Both the position numbers and the translations under genes were made by a program. Below the pieces are notes generated by a model. It was not told the DNA's origin. It did not search any database and was given only the letters and a program-made list of their open reading frames with translations. 64,000 bases of DNA, taken from positions 672,689 through 736,688 of the forward strand of contig CM074809.1 of NCBI GenBank assembly GCA_037447605.1, written 5' to 3'. The stretch comes from Zygnema circumcarinatum SAG 698-1b. Lineage: Eukaryota; Plantae; Zygnematophyceae. Positions 12,045 through 25,808 of this stretch are shown piece by piece. How positions within the stretch are numbered: position 1 is the stretch's first letter; each line of letters starts with the position of its first letter.

Positions 12045-13001
12045 TTCGAATTTTTTTTTGGCAGTGTTTCGTTTACCTCGTTAGCAGCCATTGTCGAGCT
12101 CTTCTCAAATGCCTAAACGATGACATGGACAATGTAGATGTGGACACAACTTTGCTTTTGCGGAAGGTGCCTTTCTTGAAGTTGTAGCTTCCGTTGATCC
12201 CTGGATATGAATAGGAAGATGGAACTGCATTTCATGGAAGGTTGTTAGAAGTAAAAGGGTGCAAGTAGAATGTTTCGTTGAAGATGCTGCGGAGGTTGCT
12301 AAAAGGGTTTCAGGTTTTTAAAGGCACTTTAAGGCTTTCGATGGAATTTCGGATTCACAGGATTCTTAGGATTGGTACACTTTTTCAGGGTTTTCAGCCA
12401 CTGATTTCGAGTGATCGACGTGATCTTGTAGTGGAGAGCATAGCGCGAGTGTTCAGGCAAAGCGCGTGAACTGCCAGTCGTAGTGAAAAGCTTGTTCTTC
12501 CGAAGGGGCACCTTCTTGTTGCCATTTTTTCATTGACACTGCCGCTGCCGCTGTGGACCACAAACATGTTTTTGTATACTACGAGTACTTTCTCCCCTCC
12601 GTTCCTTTTGGAGATTTCGTCCGTTTTCGGATACTGTCATGCTCGCTACGGGCATTCCTCGGCTCTTGCTCTCGGCTCCGTTGGCAATAGCCATTTGCCA
12701 ATGGACCTGCAACATGTGGCCCTTTACCGCAGACTCCACCCTGTTCAAATGCCAATGCCAGTGCGTCCACGCATTCTGGTGAGACGACATCCGCAATAGT
12801 GAAAGTAAAAGCAATTTTTTTTTTTTAATTACCTTTTTTTTGTATATTTGGTGGCCTCGCCATCGTGAGTTCAAAATCCCATTTTCCCGCTTAAAAGCAA
12901 TTTCTGGCAGGTACCTCTCCTGCAAAGCTCAGCTTGTCGACAAAGGAGCTTGGAGACGCGTAATCGTACCATTCGTACGGCAAGTGGTACGGTCTATAGT
13001 A

Positions 13002-13558
13002 CAGTGGGGGGTCCTCGTATTTACCACCCCAAGGAGTGCGTCCTCAATATTTTCGCCCCAATTTTGCCGAAACCACTTTTTTGTACGGCAACTTATGTTA
13101 GCCGTACTGTCCGTACTGTCCGTACTGTCTGTACTAGCCGTTACGGGCTTACGCAAAACGCACCCAATCTCCCCGCTCGTGCCGCCGTAAGAGGCGCTCG
13201 CTCTTCTCCCCATCTTCTTGATTTCGATACGATACGATACGATACGATATTGTCAATACGATACGAAACTCCCCGATACGGTACTCTCCGTACTAGCCGT
13301 ACGAGCTGTAGTAGCCGTTACGGGTCTCATTTAAACTCTCCGACAGTATATGCGTTACGATATGTCACGATACGATACGATGCTAAATGATACAGTACGC
13401 TACGGTACGATATGGTTTGGTACGATACGTACGGTTCAACATGAACTCTAACATAATACCCCCCGTCTATTCGTAACACGAACCTTATATATGCAAATTT
13501 AATATTTTCGCCTCATTTTGCCCGGAACCAGGGTGGAAAATATGAGGACCCCCTACTG
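13002..13558. mobile_element. Tc1/mariner-type MITE, unit 2
   Basis: Same TIRs, TA flanks and length as 6102-6658. Confidence 0.92.
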
Positions 13559-15940
13559 TACGAACATGGTACATTGACCGTACGGTCCTTACATTCTTCC
13601 GTCTCCTTGACTTTGCTCTGCCCTTCCCTTTCTTGGTCGCAGGCCGCTATGGATCGCTGCAGCGCAGCCGCCCGGACTGCAACTGGCCGCCTCCTCTCCC
13701 TTCGCAAAGCGCCTGCCTGTTCCGCCCCGGGGCCCGGCTATGGCTGCCGGCTCCAACCTCGCCTTCTCTCCCTTGTTCTCCTCCTCTCCATTGCTCGCCG
13801 CCATGGCGGATCCCAAGCGGTGCCGCTGCGGGGCCTCCGTCCTGGTGCGGATACGCATACCAGAACGCTCCCTGGCCCTCCCACGGAGATGCCGCGTGGC
13901 ACGTCTCCGCCGCCTTTCCAAAGCGAGGCGTTACACTCCAAGACGTGGAGTTTGGAAAATCGCACTTCTGGTTCTTCACAGCGGAGGAGCGGTTCAAAGG
14001 AAGGCCATGGCTTCCGGGGCTTAGAGCGGAAGGGCTCAGTGCGGAGGAAGGAGCTGGAGGCGAAAGTGGAGGTGTGCTGGTTGGGGGTGGCGGTGGGCGG
14101 GTGGGAGGGAGGCGATGATTTAGAACACCACGTTCGAATCGCAGGTGTGCTTTTCTTTCTGACACTGCCCCACCACCTCCCTCCCTCCCTCCGTCCCACC
14201 CTCCCTCTCTCCCTCTCTGCCCTCTCTCTCTCGCTCGGTCTCTCTCTCTCTATCTTTCAGCTCTCTTTGATCTCATCGTCTCTGCCTCTCCTCTCTCTTT
14301 CCTTTCTCTCTCGCTCTCCTCTCGTTCCTCCCCTCCTGTATGTGGTCCTTATGTTTCACGTATGCTACCCGGCCGCCGTTTATATGAAGATATTAGGATG
14401 CATTTAAGATTTAATTTAATTTTAACGGCCTCCAGCTCTTAAGCTTCCAATACTGCTCTGACTTACTGCCCCAACTTCCTGCTGCTGCCCATACATGTAG
14501 ATGTAGTGTACAATAGGGGTATAGCCTAGAATAGTACAATGTACGGTCCTTACCTGTTGTCGGCGGTCAAGGAGATTCGGTCACTGTCTGAACTAGACCG
14601 AAAAGTTCCGTCGGGTAGTGGGAAGCACGGGGAGTCGAGATTGGCTACGTGGCGGGCGGCGATAGGCTGCACCCTCGACACGACTAATTTAGGAATGAAT
14701 GTAAGTTGTGTCACGTGGCGTGCAGCGATAGGCTGCGGCCAGTTTGTGTACAGTACTTCTTATTGAGCTGCGAAGTTTCGCGAAGGCTGGCGCGTGGAGG
14801 GAGTGACGTCGGTACGGACAGTCCCCAGTGGCCATGGCGGCCCTGGTAGGCTGAGCTCCAAAGCGCGGCGCGCGGTCCCCAGTGGGACTGTCCGTACGCC
14901 GGAAACGCCCTCCACGCGCCAGTCTTCCTCGAAGCTTCGCACCTCCACAATCAGTACTGCTAATTTTCTGACCGTGCGGCCTATCATCGCACACCACGTG
15001 GCACACCTACAATATCGATTCTAGACAAGTCAAGAGTTTCCTATCGCCGCGCGCCTCGTGCGAGTGCGCAACCGAGATCCCGCAAAATTCGTGCGAGCGA
15101 CCGGCTGGGCATGTGGCGGCTCACTGGCTGAACAACTGACAGCCAATCAACATGTGCCACGTGTTATTCATATGTCGTGGTACATTGTGATTGGTCCAGG
15201 TCACAATGTAGGTATTTCTCCTTTCCTCGAAACTGTGACCGGGCAACATTTATACGGACATCACTTTGAGCCGGCTTTGGCGGGACACGTGGGCCCGTGC
15301 CATTCGCTGGGACCGTGCCCAAAATGCAGATCGAACGGCTCTTTGTGGCGCGATCTGCGAGGGAATGACGGCCATTTTACCGCACGTGTGAAGGACGGAC
15401 ACCCGCGAACGATCTGTGGCGGACGGATCTTCCGCTCCGAGCAGATTCGGGCAGGCCGATATTTTTTTCTCCCAAAAAAAAAATTTGAGGGGACTGAGAT
15501 ATTCAAAATGAGGTGACGGGGTATCATTTTCCGTGTTTTGCAAAAATAAAATTCGCCCGATTTTGGAAAAGGTTGTATCGATTCCAAAAGGTGTGTGAAA
15601 AAGCATTTTCCAGTTTTCAACCTTTTTGTCGATTTTAAACCCACCAAATGAAAACGTGCGTGTCTATCCGTAAAAAGGAGTTGGATTTATCACTACCCTT
15701 TTTAATCCAGACTTGTGATGATGATGATGGAGATGCACAGGGGAAAGCACTTGTACGGACGTAGCCAGTCCGTACACTGTACGAAAACCGAACAGAGCAG
15801 GGAGTACGACAAAGCGCCCCCCGTCCGTTCTATGCTCGCAGTTACACTGTCTGTAAACAGCAAAGAACAGTTTTTGTCACTCCCGTGAGCCGTTATTTGC
15901 AACAGGCAAGTTACAGTTACAGGTGACGTTCAACTGCCAC

Positions 15941-18315
15941 ATGGAGCGCCTTCCGACTCCCTCGCTCAGAGCCGTAGAAACCACGAGTTCTTGGAATGCA
16001 CTGCGTCCAGCAGCCATGGCCTGCGGGAGCTTCCACAGTGCCCTATTTCTCCACACATCGGCCGCATTTTCATGTAAAAGCGAGAATTTCAGATCAAAAC
16101 CTGATGGAAATAATCTTGTAGCAATTGCAAAATGCCTTCCAGTGTTTGCAAATTATGCACAAGAAACAGTTTCAAGCAGAGTCCCTGGAACTCTTCTCCC
16201 TGCAGTAGGCCCTGCAGCATGGTTCGGAAATGCAATGGCTCTTCAAGACACGTGGAAGCATCAGCTATCTCCTACACACTTGCGGGAGCTGGATGCTGCC
16301 ATATCCTTAGCAGAGCAGCAAGGCCACGCCATAGAAGAGATTACAGCCGACTCTTTTCCTCTCCCTTCCCTCAGATTTGAACTCCAAAAGCTGCAAGAGG
16401 AAGTTCTCTGCGGCTGCGGCTTCTTGCTACTTAGAGGGCTGCCAGTCCATCGTTACTCCAGATGGCAGGCCATAGCTGCTTTCTGGGGAATAGGAACGTG
16501 CTTTGGATGGGCAGTGCCTCAGAACAGGCAGGGCCATCTTGTTGGCCATGTGCGAGACCTCGGGAACGATCCTTCCATGTAAATCATCTGCTTGTCTACT
16601 TGTTTAGTTTGCTTGCTTCATTCCTTGATTAAGCAGTTGCATAGATGTGCTCTACTGTCACAATTATTTTGAGAGTGTTTGACAACGAAACTCGACTCCA
16701 GCCTCCAGCGGGCAGCTTGGACACTGTTCTCACAAAAAAGTCTCCTTTTTGTGCTGGGAGAGTGCAGACAACAAAAGTGCGAATGAGCACTCCACGAATG
16801 CTGCACAACCATTTTGGCCACCGACCCCTGCGACGTTGCTAGCTGCTTTGCCTTCATCCCAGGTTATTCCAAAATCTTGAAAAAAGAGAAGAGATAGAAA
16901 AAAAAAGTGAGGGAGAGGAAAGGAAAACTAGGTCCTAGATTTAAAAAGTATTTGCTTAAGTGGCTTCAAACAGGTATGTATCGTTCCACCGTATCCTGCC
17001 CCTTTGTAGAGAATGCCAGGAAGTCCTTGCTTCAGAATACACAATTTGAGTCATGAAGTCGAAAGTCGAAGAAGTTCGCATACAATTAGATAAAGCATGA
17101 CAAGTGTATCGATACGGACGTTGGGAGCGAGCTGGAGGGAGTTGTTTCATGATGTTTAGGTTGAGATTTCGCACCAATGATGGGTGAACGCAGAGAAGGG
17201 GGCCTCAGCAGCGTGTCCAGTTCTGTCACCATCTATAATGAGATGCTCCAGGTGTGTCTTAGCGGCTGAAACAGACAATACGGCACATATGATGGTGGCC
17301 CTTGTCATTGAAAACTTGCAGAAACTGAAACTGAACTGGAAAGTAGGTTGGAAAAGCTTGTGAAGGACATAGTGTTCAGCTCAATTGTAGTCGATATCCT
17401 TGAAGGCGCTTCTCTAAATTCATTATCTTGACGAAGCTCACAAATTTTAACGGTGAACGTTTTCCGTTAGGTCTTGAATTTTGGAGATCTTGGCTGAATT
17501 AGGATATGCATTGTTCTGCAGGAGAGACCAGACCTAGTCCAAATTCTCCATGAGCCCTTTTACTATGACCGAAAGGGAGAAATCCCAGCAGGCAAGCTCC
17601 CATATTACAAAATGCCAGTAATGCACACCTATGGAGGCAACCTTTCTGTCATTTATGCGCGAGGATTCATACAAGCTGCACAACGCTTCCCAGAAGTGCC
17701 GCGATTGACCCCATTGCAGGTAGGCAATTGCATTCAAGTTGACAGAAAATAGTTATGAGAAGGGCCTATAAGTTTAACCTTCCTTTGTACATCGCTGTGA
17801 TTTCCAGCCAATTTTCAAAAGCCAATCTACATGGGAAGTCTATATTCCACAACGCATGATGTTTCGGGCCTTGAGTCGTATTGGAATGCGTAGTCTTCTA
17901 GTGTGGACCACGATAAATACGAACCCACACTTATTGGTGCAGTTGCGCGCATGATGCTAATTTGTGCAGATAGAAGCATTAGGATAAGATGGACGCTTCT
18001 ATGGCGCGTCCGACATCCGATTTGGGACATGAATCTGAACCGAGATATGCTTCTCGCACACCATCAGGTTTGTTAAGAAATGGAGTGTTTGGAGTAGGTC
18101 CTTCTGGAGAAATGGTAAGTCTCGTCCGTAGGGATGGTTAGAATATAAGTTATTGCTTGTGACTTAAGTTTGTTCCAAACACTTTGTTGCATGGCAACAG
18201 TGCATGCAGATCTGTTGCTGCTTATGCAGGCTGCTTCTGTCTTGCATGCTTTTATTTGATGCTGCTATTGTGATGTTATTTCTGAGGACGAGTAATGTCC
18301 AGTCCTTGTTCCCCT

Positions 18316-18350
<35 letters not shown>

Positions 18351-18950
18351 TTTCTTCTTCTTTCTTCTTCTTTCTTCAGACAGTCCATGCTCGCACTGCA
18401 TTCTCTGACTTTGAAGAGGAGGACCGCAAGCGCCATTTGCTGCGGCTATGGCCTTCCCGTCTAATGGCCGCCCCTGCCGCCTATTCGCTGAACGCTACGG
18501 AAGCTGCCAAGGTGCTAACTGCTGCTCACCAACCTATAGGGAAGGGGAGAGGAGGGAGAGGGGCAGGAGGGAGAGAGGAGGAGGACGATGGAGCGAGAGA
18601 AAAGGGGACAATGGGACAAGCAGGGGAAGTGAACGAAAAATGGTAGGGGCGTAAGATGAGAGGATGGGATTAGGGAGGAGAGAGGAGAGTGAGAGGAGGG
18701 AGGTGGGAGGTGGTGGTAACCCCTTTTCCGGGTAACTCATCATTTACTAAACGATGTCGCTGATCAGCGATTGGTCACTATTCGCTTAGCTGTTGATTAA
18801 TTTCCGTTGAATACGTCGGCCTTCTCACTTTGTTTACACTCAAACATTTAGCTCGTTGCGAAAGCTTGTTTCTGTTGGCAGGTCGGAAAAGATCGGGGAG
18901 GTATCAAGTGCCCGGGGGTGACGCCATTTGTCCCTTTAGACCCCTCTTGA
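15941..18950 (+). pseudogene. TauD/TfdA dioxygenase copy 3, frameshifted as assembled (possibly sequencing error)
   Basis: Exons 1, 3, 4 and 7 match copy 1; clustered indels in exons 2, 5 and 6. Confidence 0.65.
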
Positions 18951-19852
18951 TTCGAATTTTTTTTTGGCAGTGTTTCGTTTACCTCGTTAGCAGCCATTGT
19001 CGAGCTCTTCTCAAATGCCTAAACGATGACATGGACAATGTAGATGTGGACACAACTTTGCTTTTGCGGAAGGTGCCTTTCTTGAAGTTGTAGCTTCCGT
19101 TGATCCCTGGATATGAATAGGAAGATGGAACTGCATTTCATGGAAGGTTGTTAGAAGTAAAAGGGTGCAAGTAGAATGTTTCGTTGAAGATGCTGCGGAG
19201 GTTGCTAAAAGGGTTTCAGGTTTTTAAAGGCACTTTAAGGCTTTCGATGGAATTTCGGATTCACAGGATTCTTAGGATTGGTACAATTTTTCAGGCGCAT
19301 TGATTATCGATGAACTGCCAGTCGTAGTGAAAAGCTTGTTCTTCCGAAGGGGCACCTTCTTGTTGCCATTTTTTCATTGACACTGCCGCTGCCGCTGTGG
19401 ACCACAAACATGTTTTTGTATACTACGAGTACTTTCTCCCCTCCGTTCCTTTTGGAGATTTCGTCCGTTTTCGGATACTGTCATGCTCGCTACGGGCATT
19501 CCTCGGCTCTTGCTCTCGGCTCCGTTGGCAATAGCCATTTGCCAATGGGACCTGCAACATGTGGCCCTTTACCGCAGACTCCACCCTGTTCAAATGCCAA
19601 TGCCAGTGCGTCCACGCATTCTGGTGAGACGACATCCGCAATAGTGAAAGTAAAAGCAATTTTTTTTTTTTAATTACCTTTTTTTTGTATATTTGGTGGC
19701 CTCGCCATCGTGAGTTCAAAATCCCATTTTCCCGCTTAAAAGCAATTTCTGGCAGGTACCTCTCCTGCAAATCTCAGCTTGTCGACAAAGGAGCTGAGAC
19801 GCGTAATCGTACCCATTCTTTGTAATGGTGGCAAGTGGTACGGTCTATAGTA

Positions 19853-20409
19853 CAGTGGGGGGTCCTCGTATTTACCACCCCAAGGAGTGCGTCCTCAATA
19901 TTTTCGCCCCAATTTTGCCGAAACCACTTTTTTGTACGGCAACTTATGTTAGCCGTACTGTCCGTACTGTCCGTACTGTCTGTACTAGCCGTTACGGGCT
20001 TACGCAAAACGCACCCAATCTCCCCGCTCGTGCCGCCGTAAGAGGCGCTCGCTCTTCTCCCCATCTTCTTGATTTCGATACGATACGATACGATACGATA
20101 TTGTCAATACGATACGAAACTCCCCGATACGGTACTCTCCGTACTAGCCGTACGAGCTGTAGTAGCCGTTACGGGTCTCATTTAAACTCTCCGACAGTAT
20201 ATGCGTTACGATATGTCACGATACGATACGATGCTAAATGATACAGTACGCTACGGTACGATATGGTTTGGTACGATACGTACGGTTCAACATGAACTCT
20301 AACATAATACCCCCCGTCTATTCGTAACACGAACCTTATATATGCAAATTTAATATTTTCGCCTCATTTTGCCCGGAACCAGGGTGGAAAATATGAGGAC
20401 CCCCTACTG
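19853..20409. mobile_element. Tc1/mariner-type MITE, unit 3
   Basis: Same TIRs, TA flanks and length as 6102-6658. Confidence 0.92.
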
Positions 20410-22789
20410 TACGAACATGGTACATTGACCGTACGGTCCTTACATTCTTCCGTCTCCTTGACTTTGCTCTGCCCTTCCCTTTCTTGGTCGCAGGCCGCTA
20501 TGGATCGCTGCAGCGCAGCCGCCCGGACTGCAACTGGCCGCCTCCTCTCCCTTCGCAAAGCGCCTGCCTGTTCCGCCCCGGGGCCCGGCTATGGCTGCCG
20601 GCTCCAACCTCGCCTTCTCTCCCTTGTTCTCCTCCTCTCCATTGCTCGCCGCCATGGCGGATCCTGGGCAGCCGCTGCAACACCTGTCCTGCGCGGATAC
20701 GACACCAGAACGCTCCCTGGCCCTCCCACGGAGATGCCGCGTGGCACGTCTCCGCCGCCTTTCCAAAGCGAGGCGTTACACTCCAAGACGTGGAGTTTGG
20801 AAAATCGCACTTCTGGTTCTTCACAGCGGAGGAGCGGTTCAAAGGAAGGCCATGGCTTCCGGGGCTTAGAGCGGAAGGGCTCAGGGCGGAGGAAGGAGCT
20901 GGAGGCGAAAGAGGAGGAGTGTTGGGAAGGAGTGGCGGAGGGCTGGAGGGAGGAAGGCGATGATTTAGAACACCACGTTCGAATCGCAGGTGTGCTTTTC
21001 TTTCTCTGACACTGCCCCACCACCCTCCCTCCCTCCCTCCGTCCCACCCTCCCTCTCCCTCTCTGTCTCTCTCTCAAGCCTCGGTCTCTCTCTCTACCTC
21101 TAGCTCTTTTTGATCTCTATCGGTCTCGCTCTCCCTCTCTCTCTCTCTCTTCCTTTCTCTCTCGCTCTCCTCTCGTTCCTCCCCTCCTGTATGTGGTCCT
21201 TATGTTTCACGTATGCTACCCGGCCGCCGTTTATATGAAGATATTAGGATGCATTTAAGATTTAATTTAATTTTTAACGGCCTCCAGCTCTTAAGCTTCC
21301 AATACTGCTCTGACTTACTGCCCCAACTTCCTGCTGCTGCCCATACATGTAGATGTAGTGTACAATAGGGGTATAGCCTAGAATAGTACAATGTACGGTC
21401 CTTACCTGTTGTCGGCGGTCAAGGAGATTCGGTCACTGTCTGAACTAGACCGAAAAGTTCCGTCGGGTAGTGGGAAGCACGGGGAGTCGAGATTGGCTAC
21501 GTGGCGGGCGGCGATAGGCTGCACTTCGACACGAGTATCAATTAAATGAATGCGTAAGTTGTGTCACGTGGCGTGCAGCGATAGGCTGCGTGGCTGTTTG
21601 TACAGTAATTTTATTGAGCTGCGTTTTCGCGGAAGGCTGGCGCGTGGAGGGAGGACGTTTCCGGTACGGACAGTCCCCAGTGGCCATGGCGGCCCTAGGC
21701 TGAGCTCCAGCGCGGCGCGGTCCCCAGTGGGACTGTCCGTACCGGAAACGCCCTCCCTTCCACGCGCCAGCCTTCCTCGAAGCTTCGCACCTCCAATAAT
21801 CAGTACTAAGCTTATTTCCTGACCGTGCGGCCTATCACCGCACACCACGTGGCACACCTACACATCGATTCTAGACAAGTCAAGAGTCTTATCGCCGCGC
21901 GCCTCGCGTGCGAGTGCGCGTCCGAGATCTCCGCAAAATTATGAGCTGGACTGGCCAGTATGTGGCGGCTCACTATTGAACAACTGACAGCCAATCAACA
22001 TGTGCCACGTGTAATTCATATGTCGTGGTACATTGTGATTGGTCCAGGTCACAATGTAGGTATTTCTCCTTTCCTCGAAACTGTGACCGGGCAACATTTA
22101 TACGGACATCACTTTGAGCCGGCTTTGGCGGGACACGTGGCGCGTGCTTATCTGCTGACTGTGGCCCGGCTGCAGATCGAACGGTTTTGTGGTGCGATCT
22201 GCGAGGGAATCGACGGCCATATTTACCGCACGTGTGAAGGACGGACACCCGCGAACGATCTCGTGGCGGACGGATCTTCCGCTCCGAGCAGATTCGGGCA
22301 GGCCGATATTTTTTTCTCCCAAAAAAAAAATTTGAGGGGACTGAGATATTCAAAATGAGGTGACGGGGTATCATTTTCCGTGTTTTGCAAAAATAAAATC
22401 TGCCCGACGGAAAAAGGTTGTATCGATTCCAAAAAGGTGTGAAAAAAGCATTTTCCGTTTTTCTAACCTTTTTTTGTCGATTTTAAAACCTGCCCGGTGA
22501 AAAAACGGGTGTGTCTATCCAAAAAAGGAGTGGATTTATCACTACCCTTTTTAATTCAGACTTGTGATGATGATGATGGAGATGCACAGGGGAATGCACT
22601 TGTACGGACGTACAGTCCGTACACTCGTACGAAAACCACCGAACGAGTGAGTACGACAAAGCCGCCCCCTGTCCGTTCTATGCTCGCAGTTACACTGTCT
22701 GTAAACAGCAAAGAACAGTTTTTGTCACTCCCGTGAGCCGTTATTTGCAACAGGCAAGTTAGCAGTTACAGGTGACGTTCAACTGCCAC

Positions 22790-25166
22790 ATGGAGCGCCT
22801 TCCGACTCCCTCGCTCAGAGCCGTAGAAACCACGAGTTCTTGGAATGCACTGCGTCCAGCAGCCATGGCCTGCGGGAGCTTCCACAGTGCCCTATTTCTC
22901 CACACATCGGCCGCATTTTCATGTAAAAGCGAGAATTTCAGATCAAAACCTGATGGAAATAATCTTGTAGCAATTGCAAAATGCCTTCCAGTGTTTGCAA
23001 ATTATGCACAAGAAACAGTTTCAAGCAGAGTCCCTGGAACTCTTCTCCCTGCAGTAGGCCCTGCAGCATGGTTCGGAAATGCAATGGCTCTTCAAGACAC
23101 GTGGAAGCATCAGCTATCTCCTACACACTTGCGGGAGCTGGATGCTGCCATATCCTTAGCAGAGCAGCAAGGCCACGCCATAGAAGAGATTACAGCCGAC
23201 TCTTTTCCTCTCCCTTCCCTCAGATTTGAACTCCAAAAGCTGCAAGAGGAAGTTCTCTGCGGCTGCGGCTTCTTGCTACTTAGAGGGCTGCCAGTCCATC
23301 GTTACTCCAGATGGCAGGCCATAGCTGCTTTCTGGGGAATAGGAACGTGCTTTGGATGGGCAGTGCCTCAGAACAGGCAGGGCCATCTTGTTGGCCATGT
23401 GCGAGACCTCGGGAACGATCCTTCCATGTAAATCATCTGCTTGTCTACTTGTTTAGTTTGCTTGCTTCATTCCTTGATTAAGCAGTTGCATAGATGTGCT
23501 CTACTGTCACAATTATTTTGAGAGTGTTTGGATAACGAAACCTGACTCAGCCCAGCGGGCAGCTTGACAATTGTTCTCACAAAAAAAAGTCTCCTTTTTT
23601 GTGCTGGGAGAGTGCAGACCAACAGTGCGAATATACTCCACGAATGCTGCACAACCATTTCACACTGACTCCTGCGACGTTGTTGGGCTGCTTTGCCTTC
23701 ATCCTGCCAGGTTATTCCAAAATCTTTGAAAAAGATAGATAGAAAAAAAAAAAAAGTGAGGGAGGAGGAAAGGAAAACTAGGTCCTAGATTTAAAAAGGA
23801 GCCTGTTTAAGTGGCTTTCAAATAGGCATGTATCGTTCCACCTTGTATCCTGCCCTTTGTGAGAATGCCAGGAAGTCCTTGCTTCAGAATACACGAGTCA
23901 TGAAGTCGAAAGTCGAAGAAGTTCGCATACAATTAGATAAAGCATGACAAGTGTATCGATACGGACGTTGGGAGGGAGCTGGAGGGAGTTGTTTCATGAT
24001 GTTTAGGTTGAGATTTCGCACCAATGATGGGTGAACGCAGAGAAGGGGGCCTCAGCAGCGTGTCCAGTTCTGTCACCATCTATAATGAGATGCTCCAGGT
24101 GTGTCTTAGCGGCTGAAACAGACAATACGGCACATATGATGGTGGCCCTTGTCATTGAAAACTTGCAGAAACTGAAACTGAACTGGAAAGTAGGTTGGAA
24201 AAGCTTGTGAAGGACATAGTGTTCAGCTCAATTGTAGTCGATATCCTTGAAGGCGCTTCTCTAAATTCATTATCTTGACGAAGCTCACAAATTTTAACGG
24301 TGAACGTTTTCCGTTAGGTCTTGAATTTTGGAGATCTTGGCTGAATTAGGATATGCATTGTTCTGCAGGAGAGACCAGACCTAGTCCAAATTCTCCATGA
24401 GCCCTTTTACTATGACCGAAAGGGAGAAATCCCAGCAGGCAAGCTCCCATATTACAAAATGCCAGTAATGCACACCTATGGAGGCAACCTTTCTGTCATT
24501 TATGCGCGAGGATTCATACAAGCTGCACAACGCTTCCCAGAAGTGCCGCGATTGACCCCATTGCAGGTAGGCAATTGCATTCAAGTTGACAGAAAATAGT
24601 TATGAGAAGGGCCTATAAGTTTAACCTTCCTTTGTACATCGCTGTGATTTCCAGCCAATTTTCAAAAGCCAATCTACATGGGAAGTCTATATTCCACAAC
24701 GCATGATGTTTCGGGCCTTGAGTCGTATTGGAATGCGTAGTCTTCTAGTGTGGACCACGATAAATACGAACCCACACTTATTGGTGCAGTTGCGCGCATG
24801 ATGCTAATTTGTGCAGATAGAAGCATTAGATATGATGGACGCTTTGGCGGCGCGTCCGGACATCCGATTGGACATGAATCTTGAACCGGGAGATATGCAG
24901 TTTCTGCACAATCATCAGGTTTGTTAAGAAATGGAGTGTTTGAGTAGGTCCTTCGGAGGAAATGGTAAGTCTCTGTCCGTAGGGATGGTTAGAATATAAG
25001 TTATTGCTTGTGACTTAAGTTTGTTCCAAACACTTTGTTGCATGGCAACAGTGCATGCAGATCTGTTGCTGCTTATGCAGGCTGCTTCTGTCTTGCATGC
25101 TTTTATTTGATGCTGCTATTGTGATGTTATTTCTGAGGACGAGTAATGTCCAGTCCTTGTTCCCCT

Positions 25167-25201
<35 letters not shown>

Positions 25202-25808
25202 TTTCTTCTTCTTTCTTCTTCTTTCTTCAGACAGTCCATGCTCGCACTGCATTCTCTGACTTTGAAGAGGAGGACCGCAAGCGCCATTTGCTGCGGCTAT
25301 GGCTCTCTCCGCCCAATGGCCGCCCTCTGCCGCCTATCTTCGCTGAACGCTACGGAAGCGTCAAGGTGCGAACTGCTGCTCACCAACTCATAGGGAAGGG
25401 GAGAGTGAGGGAGAGGGGGCAGGAGTGAGAGTGAGGAGGAGGACGATGGAGCGAGAGAAAAGGGGACAATGGGACAAGCAGGGGAAGTGAACGAAAAATG
25501 GTAGGGGCGTAAGATGAGAGGATGGGATTAGGGAGGAGAGAGGAGAGTGAGAGGAGGGAGGTGGGAGGTGGTGGTAACCCCTTTTCCGGGTAACTCATCA
25601 TTTACTAAACGATGTCGCTGATCAGCGATTGGTCACTATTCGCTTAGCTGTTGATTAACTTCCGTTGAATACGTCGGCCTTCTCACTTTGTTTACACTGA
25701 AACATTTAGCTCGTTGCGAAAGCTTGTTTCTGTTGGCAGGTCGGAAAAGATCGGGGAGGTATCAAGTGCCCGGGAGTGACGCCATTTGTCCCTTTAGACC
25801 CCTCTTGA
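22790..25808 (+). CDS. TauD/TfdA-family dioxygenase copy 4 (intact)
   Basis: Same 7 exons as copy 1 at offset +20662; one synonymous change seen in the last exon. Confidence 0.92.
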
